Assembly (NCBI GenBank): GCA_018821245.1
Contig: JAHJMO010000002.1
Location: 9,231 to 73,230 of the forward strand
Origin: Patescibacteria group bacterium
GTDB lineage: Bacteria; Patescibacteriota; Microgenomatia; UBA10105; UBA927
Direction: 5' to 3'
Length of the DNA: 64,000 nt
The translations under genes were made by a program, and so were the position numbers. The first letter of the stretch is position 1. Each line of letters starts with the position of its first letter. This document shows, piece after piece, positions 58,932 through 64,000 of this stretch. The notes under the pieces were generated by a model. The model was not told where the DNA came from and searched no databases. It was given only the letters and a program-made list of their open reading frames with translations.

Positions 58932-61037
58932 CTATGAGGTTTTTGCAATGATCTTTTCCTGAATGTTCTTCGGCACTTCCTCGTAATGGCTGGGTTCCAT
59001 ATAATACGTAGCCCTTCCTTTTGACATACTTCGGAGTGTCGTCGCATAACCGGCAAGCTCGGCAAGCGGAACAAAAGCGATAATAATTGTTACCATCCCA
59101 CGTTTTTGCGTTCCTTGGATCTGCGCGCGTTTGGCTCCAAGATCGCCTATAATATCTCCCATAAATTCATCGGGGGTCGTCACTTCTACCTTCATGATAG
59201 GCTCCAAAAGCGTAGGCTGAGATTGTTTCACAGCATGCTGAAGAGCCATGCTTCCGGCAATCTTGAATGCAATCTCCGAACTATCTACGTCATGGTACGA
59301 GCCGTCATAGAGAGTAACCGTCAGGTCCACCATGGGATAGCCTGCTAAAACACCATTTTCCGAAGCTTCCTTCACTCCTTTTGCGATAGCAGGAATGAAC
59401 TCTTTGGGTATTGCTCCGCCTTTTATCGCGTCCACAAATTCATACCCCTCACCACGGCCTTTAGGTTCAACCCGCAGGAAACAGTGTCCGTATTGGCCCC
59501 GACCTCCGGACTGGCGTATATATTTCCCTTCTCCTTCTGCCGATTGTCGAATGGTTTCTTTGTACGCAACTTGAGGAGCGCCAACGTTGGCCCCGACTTT
59601 AAACTCACGTTTCATCCGATCTACTATAATCTCCAGATGAAGCTCTCCCATACCCCAAATTATGGTTTGATTGGTTTCTAAATTGCTTTTGATTTTGAAT
59701 GTCGGGTCTTCCTCGGAAAGCCTTTGGAGTGCATACCCCATCTTTTCCTGATCGTTTTTGGTCTTGGGCTCTATAGCCAGAGATATGACCGGATCCGGAA
59801 ACGTAATTTTTTCCAGAACGATCGGCTTGTCATGGTCGCATAGAGTATCACCGGTTGGGGTATCTTTGAGACCTACAACTGCTACAATCTCCCCTGCGTA
59901 CGCTTCTTTAATTTCTTCTCTTTGGTTAGCATGCATAAGAAGGAGTCTCCCGACACGCTCCTGAATCCCTTTCGTCGGATTGAACGTATAAGAACCCGAA
60001 GCGAGCTTCCCCGAATATAAACGTACGTATGTCAGCTTCCCTACATGAGGATCGATTTGAATCTTAAACGCCAAACCGGAAAATGCTTCATTGTTGACAC
60101 GCCTGCGTGTTTCTTTCGTCCCTGTCTTTGGATTTATACCTTCAACAGGCTTTAAGTCCAGAGGAGACGGAAGATAGTCAACTACGGCATCCAATAAAAG
60201 CTGTACCCCTTTGTTTCGTAAGCTTGATCCTGCATAGATCGGGACCAGCTGGTACGAAATGACTGCTTTCCGAAGCGCAATTTTGAGTTCTTCTATCGCG
60301 GGTTCCGTGCCGTTTAAGTATTTTCCCAAAAGAACGTCGTCTGTTTCCGAAATACGTTCAACAAGGAGGTGGCGTTGCTTTTCTACATCTTCTTTGAGAT
60401 TGTCGGGTGCAGTATCGGTGACATCAAACTTTGCCCCCATCTCATCACTGCCCCATATACACACTTTGCGCGTCAGAAGATCGATAACGCCTTTAAATTC
60501 ATGCTCCCTGCCGATAGGAACAACCATCGGCGCAGTATGCGCACCGAGACGCTCTTCTATAGATTTAATTGTCGCATAGAAATCGGCACCGATTTTATCC
60601 ATCTTATTGATAAAACACAGGCGGGGAACGTTGTACTTGTCCGCCTGATGCCACACGGTCTCCGACTGACTCTGCACGCCCTCCTCCGCATCAAGAACCG
60701 TAATGCCGCCGTCAAGGACCCGAAGAGACCGTTCTACTTCTGCTGTAAAATCCACATGACCGGGAGTGTCGATGATATTGAAGCGATATCCGTTCCAGAA
60801 TGTTGTTGTTGCCGCTGACACTATCGTGATGCCCCTCTCCTTCTCCTGCTCCATCCAATCCATTTGGGTAGTGCCCTCGTCGATGTTGCCGATTTTGTAC
60901 GTCCTTCCTGTATAGTAAAGGATGCGCTCGGTCGTTGTGGTTTTTCCGGCGTCGATATGGGCAATGATGCCGATGTTACGCACCTTTTCCAGGGGTACGT
61001 CACGGTCCAATGTCAATTTGGTTTGTGGTGATGCCAT
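58932..61037 (-). CDS. fusA: Elongation factor G
   Basis: [30 protein letters not shown]. Confidence 0.99.
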   Translation of the reverse strand: MASPQTKLTLDRDVPLEKVRNIGIIAHIDAGKTTTTERILYYTGRTYKIGNIDEGTTQMDWMEQEKERGITIVSAATTTFWNGYRFNIIDTPGHVDFTAEVERSLRVLDGGITVLDAEEGVQSQSETVWHQADKYNVPRLCFINKMDKIGADFYATIKSIEERLGAHTAPMVVPIGREHEFKGVIDLLTRKVCIWGSDEMGAKFDVTDTAPDNLKEDVEKQRHLLVERISETDDVLLGKYLNGTEPAIEELKIALRKAVISYQLVPIYAGSSLRNKGVQLLLDAVVDYLPSPLDLKPVEGINPKTGTKETRRRVNNEAFSGLAFKIQIDPHVGKLTYVRLYSGKLASGSYTFNPTKGIQERVGRLLLMHANQREEIKEAYAGEIVAVVGLKDTPTGDTLCDHDKPIVLEKITFPDPVISLAIEPKTKNDQEKMGYALQRLSEEDPTFKIKSNLETNQTIIWGMGELHLEIIVDRMKREFKVGANVGAPQVAYKETIRQSAEGEGKYIRQSGGRGQYGHCFLRVEPKGRGEGYEFVDAIKGGAIPKEFIPAIAKGVKEASENGVLAGYPMVDLTVTLYDGSYHDVDSSEIAFKIAGSMALQHAVKQSQPTLLEPIMKVEVTTPDEFMGDIIGDLGAKRAQIQGTQKRGMVTIIIAFVPLAELAGYATTLRSMSKGRATYYMEPSHYEEVPKNIQEKIIAKTS

Positions 61038-61341
61038 AAAATATTAAAAACTGTCCCACCAAGCCGGCGGAACAGCCATGCTTCTTTCCTCCTCATTGTA
61101 CTAAAAAGGCAACGCGTTGTCTAGAATTCGCCCTTCAGTGAGGTTGTACGCTGGAGAGTCAATCCAGTATTCTAAAATCATCCCCCTCTAAAGACACTTC
61201 GGTTGACTCAGTGTAAACAGGCAGGCAACAAACGGGCAAAGTAGTTATTTATGAAATCAAAATTACCAAAACCGTGCCTAAAAGAGAACCGTCCCCTCGT
61301 ATAGTAAATAAATGGACAGCAAGGGATAAGATAACCCGTTA

Positions 61342-61887
61342 TTATTTCAATGTTGCAGAAACTTTATTCGGGGCAATCATATTTGCAGTTATTTCTGCAG
61401 CGTTTCGGGGAACATTAGCATAATCTAATAAAGATTCTGCTTTTTGCCATAATTTATATTCATAATCAACCACTGCTAAATCTAAAGGGCAACCAAGCAG
61501 TACCGGAGTGGATGGATCAGGTGGTTTAAGAGACATCGTAGTAACGTCAACTGTTCCTAATTTATAGCAATTTACTTCTGATTGGCCTTCCGTTGGGTTC
61601 CCAAATCCGAATAATGTTCCGGCGTGAGGTGGTACTTGCGCAATAACAACAGGATAAGTAGCAAAATTTTAATTGATTAGTGCTAGTAGGCGTTGTTCAT
61701 AACCGTCAATTTTACCTTTAGGTTGATGTCCCCACTCATAAATATCCGGATTCGGCCTACCTTTAATATTACCAAAATATATAATGACGACTTGTTTATC
61801 TCCCGGAATTACTCTAATTTCACGGATAGAACCGTTAAAAGGTAAGGATTCCACAATCGATTTAGATGTTTTGTCTTCTGATGACAT
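61342..61887 (-). pseudogene. AT-rich hypothetical gene split by one in-frame TAA
   Basis: ORFs 61669-61887 and 61342-61536 share a frame; the only stop between them is TAA at 61671-61669. Confidence 0.55.
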
Positions 61888-62044
61888 ATTTTATAAATAT
61901 CAATTTTTATTATAATAACAATAATTGATACGAAAGGCAACACAGCGCACAGCGCACAGGTCTTTTTTTATCACGTTCAAAAACAAAAAATATTTCTGTA
62001 TTTTTACTAAGCGGCCGCGTGTGTAATTTACAGATATAAAAATC

Positions 62045-62190
62045 TTTAGAATATGATATTCAGTTATGAGATTTCTCATTCCCGCTTCTAGAAGTTTCAT
62101 GCCGGTTGTCGTTGGAAGTAAATTAAAATCGCCACAGAGAATTTTTGCTTCATCTCTTTTAGACAGAAAATCTTTAAAATGAATCTCCAA
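62045..62190 (-). pseudogene. Fragment of an endonuclease/exonuclease/phosphatase gene
   Basis: KILCGDFNLLP...LEAGMRNLI with no N-terminal domain and no C-terminal SDH motif. Confidence 0.6.
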
Positions 62191-62270
62191 GGGCTGAAAG
62201 CCCTCGGATAGTCGTTTAAGACATTATATACATCTAGTTAAATATCCCTACACCCTCCGGGTGGAATTGA

Positions 62271-62882
62271 TTACACCAGACTTTTCCAAAGAATACGCGC
62301 GGCCCACGTGCGGTACGGGGACCACTTTATGCTCATGCGGGAGAGCTTTTGTGGGGAGGGTTCATGGCGCAAACCATAAAACTTTTTCACTGCTTTCCGA
62401 AGCCCTAGATCGCCGCAGGAAAATACATCCTCCCTGCCTAATGTAAACATGAGAAACATTTCCGCAGTCCAAGGGCCGATCCCTTTTATCTTTGTAAGCT
62501 CCTTGATGACTTCTTGGTCCGTTAATTGGGCTAATTGGTGTAATTGGATGGACTTGGTGACCACTTTTTGGGCAAGGTCTTTGATAAACCGTGTTTTTGA
62601 CCACGACATGCCGGTTCCACGAAGCGCTTCATCAGAAAGACGGAGAGTATCGTGAGGCGTGACTCTTTTAGGAAGGAATAATTGCCGGAATCGTGCAAAT
62701 ATTATGTCTGCCACTCTTCCTGAAAGCTGTTGGCCGATGATTTCTGTACATAAACCGACGAAATACCGATGGGGCAAGCGAGGTTTAATGTCTTCTACGA
62801 GTACGTTCTTTGCCAGGGAATACATGACGGGATCAGCAGATTGAAAATGGTCAACAGCTTCCTGCTTCATGGAAGATTGCAT
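62271..62882 (-). CDS. DNA-3-methyladenine glycosylase II-like (HhH-GPD)
   Basis: IIGQQLS, LTKIKGIGPWTAEMFLMF, DLGLR, WSPYR; TAATG overlap with rpsG. Confidence 0.92.
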   Translation of the reverse strand: MQSSMKQEAVDHFQSADPVMYSLAKNVLVEDIKPRLPHRYFVGLCTEIIGQQLSGRVADIIFARFRQLFLPKRVTPHDTLRLSDEALRGTGMSWSKTRFIKDLAQKVVTKSIQLHQLAQLTDQEVIKELTKIKGIGPWTAEMFLMFTLGREDVFSCGDLGLRKAVKKFYGLRHEPSPQKLSRMSIKWSPYRTWAARILWKSLV

Positions 62883-63355
62883 TACCACTTAAAGTGCGCA
62901 AACGCTCTGTTCGCTTCAGCCATGCGGTGCATGGTGTCTCGTTTTTTAATCGCTTCTCCCTGATTATGAGAAGCATCGATAAGCTCTGCAGCAAGCTTAT
63001 CTGAAAATGTTTTGTATTCTTTATTGGAGCGCTTTTTGGCAAAAGCGATAATCCACCGGAGCGCCAAGGCTAAGCGTCTGTCTCCCCGTACTTCCGAAGG
63101 GACCTGATACGAAGCTCCCCCAACGCGCCGGGCGTGAACTTCTGTCTTGGGGCCAACGTTAGCAACCGCGGTTTCAAATATTTTAACCGGATCTTCACCT
63201 TTCTCTTTGATAAGATCAAATGCACTGTAGACAATCTTTTCGGCTATAGCTTTTTTGCCGCTCTGCATTACCCGGTTAACAAATCTGGTAATAAGCCTAC
63301 TCCCATACAATGGATCCGTCGGTAATAATCTTTTTGTTGAACGTTTGCCTCTCAT
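62882..63355 (-). CDS. rpsG: 30S ribosomal protein S7
   Basis: RRVGGASYQVP, HRMAEANRAFAHF. Confidence 0.98.
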   Translation of the reverse strand: MRGKRSTKRLLPTDPLYGSRLITRFVNRVMQSGKKAIAEKIVYSAFDLIKEKGEDPVKIFETAVANVGPKTEVHARRVGGASYQVPSEVRGDRRLALALRWIIAFAKKRSNKEYKTFSDKLAAELIDASHNQGEAIKKRDTMHRMAEANRAFAHFKW

Positions 63356-63369
63356 AGTCTCAATAAAAG

Positions 63370-63807
63370 CTAGCTGGCCGCTGCGACAGCGGGAGCTTGT
63401 GCACCTGCTTTCGTACCGTAGCGGCTTCGGCCCTTTTTCCTGTTTACAACACCGGAAGCATCGTATTTACCACGGACGATATGATACTTAACGCCGGGAA
63501 GATCCGGCACTCTCCCTCCGCGTACCAAAACAATGGCGTGCTCCGTGAGCTCATGACCGATACCGGGAATGTATGCGGTAATCTCCTGCCGGTTGGAAAG
63601 CCTGACGCGGGCAACTTTACGAAGTGCTGAATTGGGTTTTTTCGGGGTCATCGTTTTCACGAGTGTCACGACCCCGCGTTTAAACGGCGCATGGAGCTGT
63701 TTGGTAACATGATCCTTCGCGTTAAAAAATTTACGAAGCGCGGTCGCCTTGACCTTTTTACTTTTGCGCTTGCGTCCGTATTTGATGAGTTGATTGATCG
63801 TAGGCAT
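63370..63807 (-). CDS. rpsL: 30S ribosomal protein S12
   Basis: [25 protein letters not shown]. Confidence 0.99.
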   Translation of the reverse strand: MPTINQLIKYGRKRKSKKVKATALRKFFNAKDHVTKQLHAPFKRGVVTLVKTMTPKKPNSALRKVARVRLSNRQEITAYIPGIGHELTEHAIVLVRGGRVPDLPGVKYHIVRGKYDASGVVNRKKGRSRYGTKAGAQAPAVAAAS

Positions 63808-63824
63808 AACAAGTGTATTGCTTA

Positions 63825-64000
<176 letters not shown>

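Noticed and set aside
6952-61671. Stop-codon reassignment suggested by three in-frame stops (TAG 6952, TAA 9386, TAA 61671)
   Set aside because: TAA, TAG and TGA all terminate conserved core genes here, and the interruptions are confined to accessory genes. Pseudogenisation or sequence error is more parsimonious.

Overview
Chromosomal segment of a Patescibacteria/CPR bacterium, most likely Microgenomates (Gottesmanbacteria-like). This is inferred from the missing rpmD between rpsE and rplO, a short AspRS and CPR-typical hypothetical proteins; TAA, TAG and TGA all act as stops (code 11). The right third is the rpoC-str-S10-spc-alpha ribosomal supercluster on the minus strand. The middle holds housekeeping genes (era, gltX, aspS, recJ, cca, secDF, rnpB, miaAB, HU, rny, recAX, tRNA-Pro). 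The left holds sufCBD and an AT-rich accessory region around tRNA-Gln. Most notable: (1) downstream of tRNA-Gln, co-oriented AT-rich cargo genes each followed by a conserved 20-bp site (CYRGAYCGGYCNGCTCAGMT), an integron-like array with no attC sites and no integrase in the window; (2) a solo PaaX/Cas2-like gene bracketed by two 38-bp palindromic direct repeats; (3) many tiny hairpin and 7-8-mer elements inserted in-frame in recJ and map, inside RNase P RNA, in T-loops of duplicated tRNA 3' halves and at a duplicated miaB 5' end; (4) widespread leaderless-type promoters; (5) terminator/antiterminator-like leaders before rplC, infA and fusA. All protein family calls come from motif recognition by eye, not database searches.
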